Shown here piece after piece: positions 37,920 to 48,238 of a DNA stretch of 64,000 nucleotides (the stretch's first letter is position 1; each line of letters opens with the position of its first letter). Where the stretch lies: positions 160,001 to 224,000 of the IMG/VR virus record IMGVR_UViG_3300027804_002812; one strand, 5' to 3'. This DNA comes from a virus. Its lineage: Duplodnaviria; Caudoviricetes. The notes beneath the pieces are model-generated. The model saw only the letters and a list, made by a program, of their open reading frames with translations, was not told the origin of the DNA and ran no database searches. The position numbers and the translations under genes are program-made.

Positions 37920-37951
37920 CAAATATAGAAAATTGTTTTCGGACTGTCAAA
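37920..37951 (-). promoter_or_regulatory. Bacteroidota sigma70 promoter for the tRNA-Phe unit
   Basis: TTTG-N20-TATATTTG. Confidence 0.7.
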
Positions 37952-38086
37952 CTATTTATGAAAAAAAGCCTCCCCTTTTTTGGGGCGTTTAGGACCGTTC
38001 CAGTTATGGGACAATTTAAGAGAACGATTCGCTACCGTTCTCTTTTTTATTATTTCTCTATAAGATATTTATAATAAAAAAAAAAT

Positions 38087-38221
38087 ATGGCAAAAGGTTC
38101 AAAAGGGGGTTCATCTCCATCTCGTAAAATTTCTTTTGGTAAAAAAAGAACAGGTGTAGCAAAAAAATCTTATTCCAAATACGAACAAAAACCTAAGAAA
38201 TATCAGGGTCAAGGAAGATAA
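38087..38221 (+). CDS. Small basic peptide (44 aa)
   Basis: Manual translation MAKGSKGGSSPSRKISFGKK...YQGQGR; TATTTAT upstream. Confidence 0.65.
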   Translation: MAKGSKGGSSPSRKISFGKKRTGVAKKSYSKYEQKPKKYQGQGR

Positions 38222-38258
38222 CTTGAGATTTTTTTTATTTTTTTAATATATTTTTATC

Positions 38259-38549
38259 ATGTCAGATAAGAAACGTAGATTCTATCGCCTTTTGGAAACC
38301 TATATGAATGAGTCTCGGAAAGAAGATGTTGAACTTATGTATGGTAAAGACGCAAAAATAAAAGTTCATAATTGGACCCATAATGTCAAAGGAGACCAAT
38401 TTATATTTGAACTAATTGTTGTGTTGGGTAGTACTATTAATGAATCCGTTATGGATAAAAATCTTGCCGAAGTACTTTTAGAAGATGCCTTACAATATTT
38501 TTATCCCGAAGTGACGAAAATATGTTATATGGTAAGATTTGATGTCTAA
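38259..38549 (+). CDS. Hypothetical protein
   Basis: 96-aa ORF. Confidence 0.65.
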   Translation: MSDKKRRFYRLLETYMNESRKEDVELMYGKDAKIKVHNWTHNVKGDQFIFELIVVLGSTINESVMDKNLAEVLLEDALQYFYPEVTKICYMVRFDV

Positions 38550-38551
38550 TA

Positions 38552-38836
38552 TTAAAGACCTGTTGGATTTTTGGATTGTAAAAATTCCACTTTAACTGTT
38601 AGAGCCGCCACTTGTTCAGTAAGTTTTAATATTGTTGCTCTCATCTCATCTTTTTCTTTGGACGAATTTTCAAGAAGAGCTTCTAATTTAGCAATTCTGT
38701 CTTTGCAGTCGTGTCGGATGAAATCTTCATCTCTATCTCTTTTCATTGCTCTTTTCTCATAGAATCTCCAAGCTGAACCCCCACCTAAAACTGTGATCAA
38801 TGTAATTACTGCCGTCCAAATACTTTGTTCCTCCAT
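38552..38836 (-). CDS. TM plus coiled-coil protein
   Basis: N-terminal TM segment, heptad repeat. Confidence 0.7.
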   Translation of the reverse strand: MEEQSIWTAVITLITVLGGGSAWRFYEKRAMKRDRDEDFIRHDCKDRIAKLEALLENSSKEKDEMRATILKLTEQVAALTVKVEFLQSKNPTGL

Positions 38837-38897
38837 TTTGTTTTTTACATAATAAATATGAGGAGTAATCAACTTTTACTCGGAAGGTCAATAAATA

Positions 38898-39281
38898 TTA
38901 TTCTACTTGTGACCATGTCATATCACTGTTTAATACTGTGGAGTAAAGATATTTTTGATTCCATAAAGAAGGTTCAATTATGGAAAGAAACTTCGTACCG
39001 TCCTTTTTCTCATAAAGGTGGTATATCTCCCCTATAATCGGCTCAAACTTATAAGATGAGTCGTAGACCTCTTGAGTAATATTAAACGATTTTTGGAGGG
39101 TTTCAGCCTCTTTTAAGAGTTCTTGATACCTTCGATTGAATATCTTGTTTGCTTTATCAGTACCATTTTGTTTGAATGGTGTCAAATCTACGGGTACAAT
39201 CTTCGGTGCTCCAACATGATGGGGGTATTCCATCAAATTTGGGGTCATATTAACTTTATCAATGTGAGATGGTGTAGACAT
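38898..39281 (-). CDS. DUF2452-like protein
   Basis: FEPIIGEIYHLY...LSIIEP..W. Confidence 0.6.
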   Translation of the reverse strand: MSTPSHIDKVNMTPNLMEYPHHVGAPKIVPVDLTPFKQNGTDKANKIFNRRYQELLKEAETLQKSFNITQEVYDSSYKFEPIIGEIYHLYEKKDGTKFLSIIEPSLWNQKYLYSTVLNSDMTWSQVE

Positions 39282-39337
39282 AAAAAAACCTCGGATATAC
39301 CGAGGTTAAATATAATTAAATTTTTATTGGATTCAAA

Positions 39338-39835
39338 TTATTCTCCTTTAATCATCGCCAATCCATGCTTCAAAAATTCCTTCGCTCTTTGTGAAACATT
39401 TGATAATGCATAAACCTTCTCGATGTCTTTTACAAGTTCTTCACCGTGTTCGTTCTCCTTATAAAGTTCAATAATTTTATCCATTGCCTTATTACATTCT
39501 TTTTTAGTCTCATCAAAGTAGTTGTAAGGTTTGAACTCTTTCAAATGATTCATAATGTTGTACGCTATGTGTTCCCCACCATCAGAAATATTTGGGTGGA
39601 TTCTCAAAGTCTTTAATAATTCGAGTCTATCAGTAAGACCTCCAACTCCATTCTTTCTAAGTTGGACCCCTTCAATGTAATCTTCAAGTTCATCAGACCC
39701 AACAATGTCTTCAAGAGTTTTTACATTTCCACCGTGGCAGAATTTTCTATCCTCTTTTTCTTCTGATTGTTCAATCATATATAATTTCTTGATTGACTCT
39801 TTTTCTTCTTCCGTAAGTACAAATCTTTTGCTCAT
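39338..39835 (-). CDS. Hypothetical phage protein (LTEEEK N-terminal motif)
   Basis: MSKRFVLTEEEKESIKKLY; TATTTAT upstream. Confidence 0.7.
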   Translation of the reverse strand: MSKRFVLTEEEKESIKKLYMIEQSEEKEDRKFCHGGNVKTLEDIVGSDELEDYIEGVQLRKNGVGGLTDRLELLKTLRIHPNISDGGEHIAYNIMNHLKEFKPYNYFDETKKECNKAMDKIIELYKENEHGEELVKDIEKVYALSNVSQRAKEFLKHGLAMIKGE

Positions 39836-39890
39836 ACCGATAAATATATCAATCATTACAAATTGACAATCTATTTATTCTTAAAAACAT

Positions 39891-40538
39891 ATGAAAAGAT
39901 TTTTATATTCAATCACAATTGTTTTACTATCTCTATTATTTGTAAGTTCTGCACAAAATAAGAATGAAGTCGTACTAAAACACACAAACTACACATCAAC
40001 ATTTAGTATTTCCAAAAAATATCCTGTGGTGGTTGAATGGTGGGTAACAAAAGCAATGGTAAGTTGTCCGACACCACTAAAACGAAAAGATAATTTCAAA
40101 CCAGATCCATTATTACCACAACACACAGACATCGCAAAGGATTATGTCGGAAGTGGATACGATAGAGGTCATATGATGCCAGCGGCAGACAATCTATGTC
40201 AAACACAACAAATTCAAGATGAAAGTTTTTATTTTTCTAATATGGCGGCTCAGACACATAGACTAAATGCCGGAGATTGGAAATCATTAGAGACGTTCAC
40301 GAGAGATGAATCCAAATTAAAAGATTCAATTCACGTTTGGGCGGGAAATGTTGGTGAAATTAAGAAAATAGGAAGTGTGTCCGTTCCAAAATATTGTTGG
40401 AAAGTCATCCACATCAAAAAGGAAAATAAGTGGGTAGCGTACTTGTTTGAAAACAATACGTCAGCTCCTGATGGATTCAAAAACAACGAAGTTGCCCTTA
40501 AAGAAATTATGGCTTTAACGGGATTTACGTTTCGTTAG
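39891..40538 (+). CDS. Exported DNA/RNA non-specific endonuclease (NucA type)
   Basis: Signal peptide; DRGH, ESFYFSN, N.GDW..LE, VPKYCWK. Confidence 0.9.
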   Translation: MKRFLYSITIVLLSLLFVSSAQNKNEVVLKHTNYTSTFSISKKYPVVVEWWVTKAMVSCPTPLKRKDNFKPDPLLPQHTDIAKDYVGSGYDRGHMMPAADNLCQTQQIQDESFYFSNMAAQTHRLNAGDWKSLETFTRDESKLKDSIHVWAGNVGEIKKIGSVSVPKYCWKVIHIKKENKWVAYLFENNTSAPDGFKNNEVALKEIMALTGFTFR

Positions 40539-40546
40539 ACAACCAC

Positions 40547-40774
40547 TTACATTTCGTGAAACAAATACTTGTTGATATTATCCAAGGTATAAGTAGATTC
40601 TCGTTTATCGTAGACATGTTCCCATAAGGTTTTATTTTTGAGATATGGGTGAGGTTGAGACTTCGCCCATCTTTTTCCCATTTTATAATCTTTAACATTA
40701 TACGTTAATTTTTTTGTTGGTTGTTTAGCAAACCAACCTCTCACGGTCATTTTTAATTTGTGTAACATAAGCAT
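40547..40774 (-). CDS. Hypothetical protein
   Basis: 75-aa ORF. Confidence 0.6.
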   Translation of the reverse strand: MLMLHKLKMTVRGWFAKQPTKKLTYNVKDYKMGKRWAKSQPHPYLKNKTLWEHVYDKRESTYTLDNINKYLFHEM

Positions 40775-40809
40775 AAAAAAACCCCTAATATAAGGGGTCT
40801 AAATTTTGT

Positions 40810-41004
40810 TTATAGATATAATCTTTGTGTGTCCAAATAAAGTTGTTTCATTCGTGCTTCCAAAATAGTAATTTGTTTTTGGTCGGCTTCTGAAACATCA
40901 AAACTTTTGGCTTTAATCAGTCTAACTTGTTCCGCCATTTTTTCGTATCTGAATAACATGTCGTTGTAAAGTTTTGCTTTTTCGTCGTTTGTTAAGTAAC
41001 CCAT
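40810..41004 (-). CDS. Hypothetical coiled-coil protein
   Basis: TATTTAT upstream. Confidence 0.65.
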   Translation of the reverse strand: MGYLTNDEKAKLYNDMLFRYEKMAEQVRLIKAKSFDVSEADQKQITILEARMKQLYLDTQRLYL

Positions 41005-41070
41005 AGTGTCGTTTTTTATAAATATATTATGGGATTGATAATTGTAAATTAATTTAGTATTTTATAATTA

Positions 41071-42339
41071 ATGGGAAAATTTACATTGAACACGGTTTAT
41101 AATTTTTGGGACGGAGATAATCCAATACCAAATGGTAAATTTCAATATCCTAAAAAACATTTTTGGGATATCGAAGAATTTATAAAATTATACATAAATT
41201 CTTTTTCGGGTGAGGGTGATAAAATTACTGTAAAGAATACTAAAATTTCCGATGTATATGAAAATCCAAATCAAAAATATTTTTATTTTATCGGTCATGC
41301 AACAATGAATATTGATGAGATAATTGAGGATGATTTAATTATTAGTGAAGAAATCAAAAAGTGTTTAAGATTATGTGATAATTTTAATATTGTATTTCTC
41401 ACACATCATGAACCTGATGACGAAAATGGATTTATTAGATTGAATAATTTGGATTTACCAAAAAATCAAATATACATCATAAACAATAATCATAAATTGG
41501 CGGAATATGTGAATAAACATAATTCTAAAATTAAAGTTCATAGTGCCATGTACTTGCCCGTCGTGGTTTCGGAGTCATTAAGAGAATTGGGTGGAACAGA
41601 ATTTAGTACAGAAGAGAAAGAAAAATTTTTTATGAGCTTCAATAGGGTACCAAAAATACATAGGTATTCTTTGTTGGCGTTTATGATGAAAAATAATCTA
41701 TTGTCTGACACCAACTGGTCTTTGATTCCAGTTTATTTTGTTGACTTCAATTGTAACTCTTATGATAAAATATTTGAGATGGGTGAGTGTGAAAACTATT
41801 TAGAAGAGATTGATACTCTGAATAAATTGAAACGGAAAATAAGTGACCATGAATCAACAGAACTATCTTTTGATGACAATAATCGAATCACAGTATTAAA
41901 TCCAAAATATGCAAAGGTTTTGCTCCCACCCGAAATGCCTCTCAATTACGAAAACTCATATGTCAATATTGTAACCGAATCTAATTTTTTAGATAAAGAA
42001 AATGTGATTCAAATAACCGAAAAATCATTCAAACCATTTTTCTATTACCAATTCCCAATGATTTTGGCAACTCATCATCATACAAAATCCTTAAAAGAAA
42101 AATATGGGTTTGATTTTTTTGATGATATAATTGACCATAGTTACGATAATGAAATGGACCAAAAGAAAAGGTTCAGTATGTTTGTTAAGGAAGTGAAAAG
42201 ATTACATGATAATAAAGAAAGTTTGATTGAGTTTTATAACAACAATCAACATCGTTTCGAAGAAAATAAGAAAAAAGTTATTAGTATTGGAAATAATATA
42301 TCTGACTACCTTTTTATAAGGTCATTATCTAATTCATGA
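41071..42339 (+). CDS. Hypothetical protein, possibly glycan-related enzyme
   Basis: 422-aa ORF; FNR..KIHR and IVTES...TEKSFKP motifs; function not recognised. Confidence 0.6.
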   Translation: MGKFTLNTVYNFWDGDNPIPNGKFQYPKKHFWDIEEFIKLYINSFSGEGDKITVKNTKISDVYENPNQKYFYFIGHATMNIDEIIEDDLIISEEIKKCLRLCDNFNIVFLTHHEPDDENGFIRLNNLDLPKNQIYIINNNHKLAEYVNKHNSKIKVHSAMYLPVVVSESLRELGGTEFSTEEKEKFFMSFNRVPKIHRYSLLAFMMKNNLLSDTNWSLIPVYFVDFNCNSYDKIFEMGECENYLEEIDTLNKLKRKISDHESTELSFDDNNRITVLNPKYAKVLLPPEMPLNYENSYVNIVTESNFLDKENVIQITEKSFKPFFYYQFPMILATHHHTKSLKEKYGFDFFDDIIDHSYDNEMDQKKRFSMFVKEVKRLHDNKESLIEFYNNNQHRFEENKKKVISIGNNISDYLFIRSLSNS

Positions 42340-43073
42340 TAACATTTCACAATAAAATCATGAACTAATTCGGAAATCAATTTATATCCTTCAATATTTG
42401 GGTGTTGGGTGGGACGATCTTTATAATTGTCAATGTGCTCCCATATATCTTCCCTATTTGTATTATTCAAAAAATCTCGGATAGTTTTTTTGTTGAACTC
42501 CCAATAATTTTTGTTATCTATCAAATCTATTTTACTGTCATTCTCATTTACGTTGATTATCATGCTTTCAAACGCATCGAACATAACATATTTGATTTTG
42601 TAGAACTCAAACATTTTTTGTAAAAAAATAATATAGTTTTGATTGACGATGTTATAATAATTTTGGTTAAATAAATCTGTTATAAATAATTCTTTGAAGG
42701 AATATAAGAAGTTATTATATTTCTCATTTTCACTTTGGTATGATTCTATGAATTTGTGTGGGAGTTCGACTAAATGTTTTACAGACCAGCTTACCCACTC
42801 ATTCTTGGGTAGAAATGGCACAATGTCTCTTAATGATGATGACCACATAACAACGACAACATCATTTTCTTGAATTTTATTTTCTATCAGGTCGTCAACA
42901 ACTTTATTGAAAATACTTAAATTTGAATTTCCTGAAATACCGCTATTATTAGAGTTGATACCAAGTTTGTCGGATACGATTTTTACCCAAGAGTGGTTTT
43001 TCCACTCCTTTCTATCATTTGTTGTTCCTTGTCCTTCGGTCCAACTATCTCCATAAGCGTGTAAGTTCATCAA
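42306..43073 (-). CDS. SGNH/GDSL-like protein
   Basis: YGDSW, GNSN and QHPNIEGY motifs. Confidence 0.7.
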   Translation of the reverse strand: MMNLHAYGDSWTEGQGTTNDRKEWKNHSWVKIVSDKLGINSNNSGISGNSNLSIFNKVVDDLIENKIQENDVVVVMWSSSLRDIVPFLPKNEWVSWSVKHLVELPHKFIESYQSENEKYNNFLYSFKELFITDLFNQNYYNIVNQNYIIFLQKMFEFYKIKYVMFDAFESMIINVNENDSKIDLIDNKNYWEFNKKTIRDFLNNTNREDIWEHIDNYKDRPTQHPNIEGYKLISELVHDFIVKCYHELDNDLIKR

Positions 43074-43105
43074 TTAAAAAATACCAATAAACATATGGTT
43101 GTAAA

Positions 43106-43387
43106 TTACTTTTCGTATTTGATTTCTTCGTGGGCTTTCTTGATACCATCTAATCCTTTGTAGATTAAATCCTTAACTTCAGGACGAGTTTTCTTTCCTC
43201 CCTTGAACATGGATATCAACTCTTCCAAACTATCAATCACTTCTTCACTCGCATCGATTACATCCAAATTACCATTATCAGTATCTGTTTGCATAGGTTG
43301 TGTGTATATATCCAAATCCATGGCAACACTATTTGACCCTGTTTCAACTAATTTTTTATATTGATTTTCGCTAATAATGACTTTCAT
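43106..43387 (-). CDS. Hypothetical phage protein (ISENQY motif)
   Basis: MKVIISENQYKKLVE. Confidence 0.7.
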   Translation of the reverse strand: MKVIISENQYKKLVETGSNSVAMDLDIYTQPMQTDTDNGNLDVIDASEEVIDSLEELISMFKGGKKTRPEVKDLIYKGLDGIKKAHEEIKYEK

Positions 43388-43422
43388 CGTAATCTGATTT
43401 ATATTTATAAATACATAAAAGT

Positions 43423-44043
43423 ATGCTTATGAGACAAATTATAAAATTAATCTTCGTTTTGTCATTAGTTATTATGACATCTTGTTCAACTCAACAACGA
43501 GTAGTTTATAGAAACTGCGATTGTAATACCACCACATTCGGATTTGGATGGAATAATAATCCGTATTGGGGGTTAAATAACCAATTTTATGGGTGGAATA
43601 ACCCATATTGGGGATGGAACAACTGGAATTGGTATCCATATCGAGTAATCCCAAGATATTACGTGTATCCCAATAGAATTCAACCATCTGAACCTTCAAG
43701 ATATGAGAGAAGACAATCTATTGGAGCTAGACCGAGTAGAAATTTTCAGAATGAACCCAATCGTACAGATAATTTGTATCCAGGAAGAACTGAACCGAAC
43801 AGATATCAGAATGAAACTCCAAATAGATGGGAATCTCCATCAAGAGTTCAACAAAGAACAAATTCTAATGTTACAACTCAACCAAATAGGGTAGAATCTC
43901 CATCAAGAGTTCAACAAAGAACAAATACACCTGTTACAACACAACCAAGTCGAGTAGAGACACCTTCAAGGGTTCAACAACGAACAAATACACCTGTTAC
44001 GACACAACCAACGAGAAGTAGAGTCCAAAATAGGGAAAATTAA
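43423..44043 (+). CDS. Lipoprotein with W/N/G-rich segment and 20-aa tandem repeats
   Basis: MTSC lipobox; GWNNPYW repeats; PSRVQQRTN..VTTQP x3. Confidence 0.75.
   Translation: MLMRQIIKLIFVLSLVIMTSCSTQQRVVYRNCDCNTTTFGFGWNNNPYWGLNNQFYGWNNPYWGWNNWNWYPYRVIPRYYVYPNRIQPSEPSRYERRQSIGARPSRNFQNEPNRTDNLYPGRTEPNRYQNETPNRWESPSRVQQRTNSNVTTQPNRVESPSRVQQRTNTPVTTQPSRVETPSRVQQRTNTPVTTQPTRSRVQNREN
43825..44020 (+). repeat. 60-bp coding tandem repeat, about 3 copies
   Basis: ccatcaagagttcaacaaagaacaaat unit recurring every 60 bp. Confidence 0.8.
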
Positions 44044-44249
44044 GGTTTTTTAGGTTTTTTTGAGGATTTTTCCTTCCATTCTAACCAAAAACCTGTTGCA
44101 ACAATGATATTCATGCCCATTGAGGCTAAAATTTCGTGTAAATCATGGTAAATGTTAGTTGTTAGGTGTACATGACCGACAACCCAAAAGGGAATTGATA
44201 GATTTGTTGCAATCCACTTGATAAAAAACTTAAAAAACTTCAATTTCAT
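44040..44249 (-). CDS. Small 2-TM protein
   Basis: Hydrophobic ORF. Confidence 0.6.
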   Translation of the reverse strand: MKLKFFKFFIKWIATNLSIPFWVVGHVHLTTNIYHDLHEILASMGMNIIVATGFWLEWKEKSSKKPKKP

Positions 44250-44697
44250 GTAAAAAATGTTCTAATTTGATGTTTTTTTCGGGAATATGCTTTTTTAAGT
44301 CCAAAAATCGTCTTACAACACTATGTGGGAACCCATAACGTTCGTTAAGTTTCCAATTTTTAGTGGTTCCTCTTGTAATTCCGTCAATATAGTACGAAAT
44401 ATCCAAATTTCTCCTTGAAATTTGGTTTATTTGGTATCCAAAACCGATTTCAACCCATTTTTTTAACAAAATTTGATATTGTTTCTGTTCCAAAGAGAAA
44501 AAATAGAAAAAATCATCAAAAAACTTTGGATTATAGTTCAATTTTCCTTCACTATTGTACTGAAAATACCAATTTACTTCTTCCAAATCTAAAATCCAGA
44601 TATCTTTACCGTATGGATAGTAAATTTTATCCGACAATTCCTCAGAAAGTCGTTGATAAATGAATTTTCTTAATTTTACGTTGTCAATTATATCCAC
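44230..44697 (-). CDS. Hypothetical protein, paralog of 52534-53190
   Basis: L..FI...LSEEL, IW.ID...W, FF..F..FSLEQ......WVE; GTG start proposed. Confidence 0.65.
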   Translation of the reverse strand: MDIIDNVKLRKFIYQRLSEELSDKIYYPYGKDIWILDLEEVNWYFQYNSEGKLNYNPKFFDDFFYFFSLEQKQYQILLKKWVEIGFGYQINQISRRNLDISYYIDGITRGTTKNWKLNERYGFPHSVVRRFLDLKKHIPEKNIKLEHFLHEIEVF

Positions 44698-44849
44698 CAA
44701 GAAAAAAATATGTAATAAATCACATAAAGGACATAGGTACCGAACAAAATACCCGATACTAAGGCCAAAATGACTAACCATTCAAAAAATTTCTTAATCA
44801 TGATTAAATTATGTATTTTATAAATACGATTGTAAATAAAAACCCTCAA

Positions 44850-45035
44850 TTAATGAGGGTCTTGTTTAAGTTTTCTCTTTGTTAAAAAATAACGGATACC
44901 TTTGATATCAAAGAACTCAGTACCAACCTCAAAAATGTGCTTTTTTAATGGCTCGAAAGTTAAAATTTCATTAGGATATTTTAAGAGAATCTTGTTATCG
45001 TCGATTTTAATTAAATTGATATTTTCCATAATCAA
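44850..45035 (-). CDS. Hypothetical protein
   Basis: 61-aa ORF. Confidence 0.45.
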   Translation of the reverse strand: MIMENINLIKIDDNKILLKYPNEILTFEPLKKHIFEVGTEFFDIKGIRYFLTKRKLKQDPH

Positions 45036-45093
45036 AATATAATAAATAAATGTTAAATAAAAAACCCCACTCTATTAGGTGGGGTCTAATTTT

Positions 45094-45795
45094 TTATTTG
45101 TTTCCATCTGTGGGAAATTTCTTATCGGCGTATTGCTGAAACGCTGCTTGGACTCCTCGTGTATTTGGTGCTGCTGGAGGAGCGAGTAAAGCATTTATTG
45201 TTTCAGGGCCAACAATACCATCTTTCTCTAATGATTCTCCCTTATCGTTTTTATTTTCTGATTGGAATTTTTCAACTTGTGTTTTAGTCATGCGACCGAA
45301 CATACTGTCAGGTTTACCGGACTTACTAACGTCTTTATATCCTTTACCAATCAATAATTCTTGTATTTTACCAACGACATCACCTTTCATTCCTATCGAA
45401 ACACTTTTACCATTTTTCAAATCCTCTATAGTTAAAGTTGTTTCTTTCCATGAAAAACCTGAACCTCCACCAGAAGTTCCTGATGAACCCGTAGATCCTC
45501 CAGAAGAACTTGAACCAGTAGATGATGTGTCATCAGAATATTGATCAATACCATTTTCCTCGAAAAAAGATCTACTAACTTCACCTTCTTTTTCTTCATA
45601 CCCTCGGAAAGTTGTTTCCGGGTCAGGCATATTTGCCCGTCTAAATGCTTGTGGTAAAGTAGGTAATTGTCTAGAACCTAGTCCAGTACTAGCAGTATTG
45701 AAACGGGTATTCCCTAGTTGTTGCTCAGAAATCAATTTTTTATGTAAATTGAGTATTCTATTTTTTTCGTCTTCGTGTACTATAAACTTTTTCAT
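45094..45795 (-). CDS. Peptidoglycan-binding-domain protein
   Basis: GMKGDVVGKIQELL...DGIVGPET; N-terminal EDEKNRILNLH. Confidence 0.8.
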   Translation of the reverse strand: MKKFIVHEDEKNRILNLHKKLISEQQLGNTRFNTASTGLGSRQLPTLPQAFRRANMPDPETTFRGYEEKEGEVSRSFFEENGIDQYSDDTSSTGSSSSGGSTGSSGTSGGGSGFSWKETTLTIEDLKNGKSVSIGMKGDVVGKIQELLIGKGYKDVSKSGKPDSMFGRMTKTQVEKFQSENKNDKGESLEKDGIVGPETINALLAPPAAPNTRGVQAAFQQYADKKFPTDGNK

Positions 45796-46529
45796 TTTAT
45801 CAATCCCTCCTTCCTTTGGTATTCTATTAGTTTATTTTCTGTTTGGGTATCAAATATCCCGTTCACAGTCAAAGGATTATTAGGTAACTTACTATTTAAG
45901 AATTTTTGTAATTTCACAACATTTGGACCTTTGCTACCGTATTTCAATGGAAATGTATCACGGTCTATTGTTGCCCAATTATCACTTCTACTGGAGTAAC
46001 TCTCATCATCAGTAAAAATGAAAAAATGGTGGTCTCCATCACAATTCCATTTTCCAGTAAATTCATTTACACCATCTTTGGACTGAACCCATTTTTTATC
46101 TTTGTAAAATATATGTGAAACTTTATTCGGTTCGTCTACAAAGAAAGATACAGAATTCCCATCTGAACTTACAGTAGCTACAGGACCACGTACATTTTTA
46201 TTTTTTAATATACAAGCAAATACAGAATTATTAACGTCAGACTCATCTTCTACAGATGGTCTTTCCACCCAACCTCCACCATCGGAAGACCAAGTGTGTT
46301 TCTCAGTGGTAATAATAAAATTATTATTACCTTTACATTCCCATGTTCCTGTTGACTTTTGTTCATATTTTCCATCAACGTTTGGTAGTAAATAAAACCA
46401 ATCACCATTGAAAGTAAATACGTACATTGAATTGTCCTGAGGATATTTTGTATATAAACGGTCAGTCATTTCCCTGACCTCTTGAGGTATTTTTTTATAA
46501 AATTCTATAATACATTTTTTATCTGGCAT
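45792..46529 (-). CDS. Peptidoglycan-binding-domain protein with two W/C modules
   Basis: GTWECKG and GKWNCDG modules; LKYGSKGPNVVKLQ...VNGIFD. Confidence 0.8.
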   Translation of the reverse strand: MPDKKCIIEFYKKIPQEVREMTDRLYTKYPQDNSMYVFTFNGDWFYLLPNVDGKYEQKSTGTWECKGNNNFIITTEKHTWSSDGGGWVERPSVEDESDVNNSVFACILKNKNVRGPVATVSSDGNSVSFFVDEPNKVSHIFYKDKKWVQSKDGVNEFTGKWNCDGDHHFFIFTDDESYSSRSDNWATIDRDTFPLKYGSKGPNVVKLQKFLNSKLPNNPLTVNGIFDTQTENKLIEYQRKEGLIK

Positions 46530-46573
46530 AATCGTTTTATTTATAAATATATTTAATAACCCAATGAGTCGAG

Positions 46574-48238
46574 TTAAATACTAGGAGGACCACCAGGAGG
46601 GCCTCCTGGTGCTGGTTGAGGATTTGGGGTTGTTATGTTTGGTTGTTGTGGGTTGATTCTAACGGAAGGTATTTGAGGTCGTTGTATATTAGGAATATTA
46701 TTTATCCTACGCATTTCACGATCGATTATTTCTTGATTTCTACGTTCGGTTTCATCTGCCCATCGTTTGAAACCTCCAGATTCAAACCAATCTAAACCGG
46801 TACCAATTTCATCCCAAAAAGTTGTAAATGGATTCAAAGCTTTCCAAATATTATATTGCTCCTCATCCAAACTATTTTTAGCTTGTTGGTCTATGTCTCT
46901 TTCCAATCCTAACGCAAATTCTTTGAACCTTTCAATAACAAATAGTTTGTATCTTTCCCAAAAACCTATACCTTGTTCATCAGTAGTTATCCCATGATAA
47001 AGTGAATCATATAACGCATACAATATTGGAACAATAGTACTTTTAATTACCTTCGATGTTGCAGCAAAATACAAAGATCCCAAAGCAACACCGTGTTTTC
47101 TAACATAACTGTTGAATATTTCGTTAATTTTGTAAATTGTACTTGTAGAAATAAACATTAATGTCCTTTGAATAAAATTACCCCACCAAATCATCCATGG
47201 AGACGGGTTAAATATTGTCTCATTTTTTCCTGGAAACCTTAACATTTTTCCGAGAGCCGACTCATCTGTCAAATATTTATAGTAACTCGGATAATCTTCA
47301 CTTAATTTATCATTTTTTTTCAATTTTTCTACGAAATCATAACCTCTTCCTCGTCCGAGCTTAGTTTCAACCGCATCTTGAATAACATTATAAATCTCAC
47401 TTTTGGTAAAATATTCGGTTTGCCTCAATGCTTCAATTTCAGCGTCTATTGCAGCAAATATTTGAGGTTTCGTTTCAAAAAATTTTTTATCACTGTCAAT
47501 TTGTTTAATTAGACCTATGATTTTTTCTAAAGACTTACTTTGCCCACCATCTATTCCGAGCCTCTTAATTTGAGTATTGTAGGCATTATTAAGTATGTAA
47601 TTTATTTTAGCTCTTAACCCACGAAACCATAGTTTATCTGTCAATAGGATTTTATCCTTGGCAGACAAACCTCTCGAAGTTATAATATCCCAATCTTCTA
47701 TTAGTTTACTAAGTTTACCCTCTGGTGTTGTATCATCAATTACTTTTACAGGTTTTGTAATTGCGTCTATTACGTCCTTTTTTATTATATCCTTAACTCC
47801 CTGAAATTCTGTATTTATACGGTTATCGACCAGTGATTCGATTGTTTTTTTCACTGAATCTAAGGTATGTTTTGGGTTTCCCTTCTCATCTTTTTCTTGT
47901 AAAAGTTTTTTTCCATGTGCAATTAAATCGTCAACAAATTGTAATACTTCAGCCTTTCTAGTTGACATGACTTTCGAGATAATAACATTTCTAAATGAAG
48001 GATTAACATCTGCCAACTTAGCAAGTGCTGCAATCGCCTCTTCATCATTTTTAGCATTTGCGAGGTCTCCGAATATCTTGGAGTATTTCATTTTAATATC
48101 AGGTAGATTATCTGCGGCTCTAAGAATTAAATCCGATAGCTCCTTAAAAACTAAAACACTTTCATTTATGAGGTAAACTTCCATCAAAACTTTAAGTCTA
48201 TCTAACTCCTCCTGAAGATTTTTTTTATTTTTTCTCAT
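46574..48238 (-). CDS. Large helical protein, possibly virion-associated
   Basis: LQEELDRLKVLMEV N-terminal motif; Pro-rich C-terminus. Confidence 0.7.
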   Translation of the reverse strand: MRKNKKNLQEELDRLKVLMEVYLINESVLVFKELSDLILRAADNLPDIKMKYSKIFGDLANAKNDEEAIAALAKLADVNPSFRNVIISKVMSTRKAEVLQFVDDLIAHGKKLLQEKDEKGNPKHTLDSVKKTIESLVDNRINTEFQGVKDIIKKDVIDAITKPVKVIDDTTPEGKLSKLIEDWDIITSRGLSAKDKILLTDKLWFRGLRAKINYILNNAYNTQIKRLGIDGGQSKSLEKIIGLIKQIDSDKKFFETKPQIFAAIDAEIEALRQTEYFTKSEIYNVIQDAVETKLGRGRGYDFVEKLKKNDKLSEDYPSYYKYLTDESALGKMLRFPGKNETIFNPSPWMIWWGNFIQRTLMFISTSTIYKINEIFNSYVRKHGVALGSLYFAATSKVIKSTIVPILYALYDSLYHGITTDEQGIGFWERYKLFVIERFKEFALGLERDIDQQAKNSLDEEQYNIWKALNPFTTFWDEIGTGLDWFESGGFKRWADETERRNQEIIDREMRRINNIPNIQRPQIPSVRINPQQPNITTPNPQPAPGGPPGGPPSI

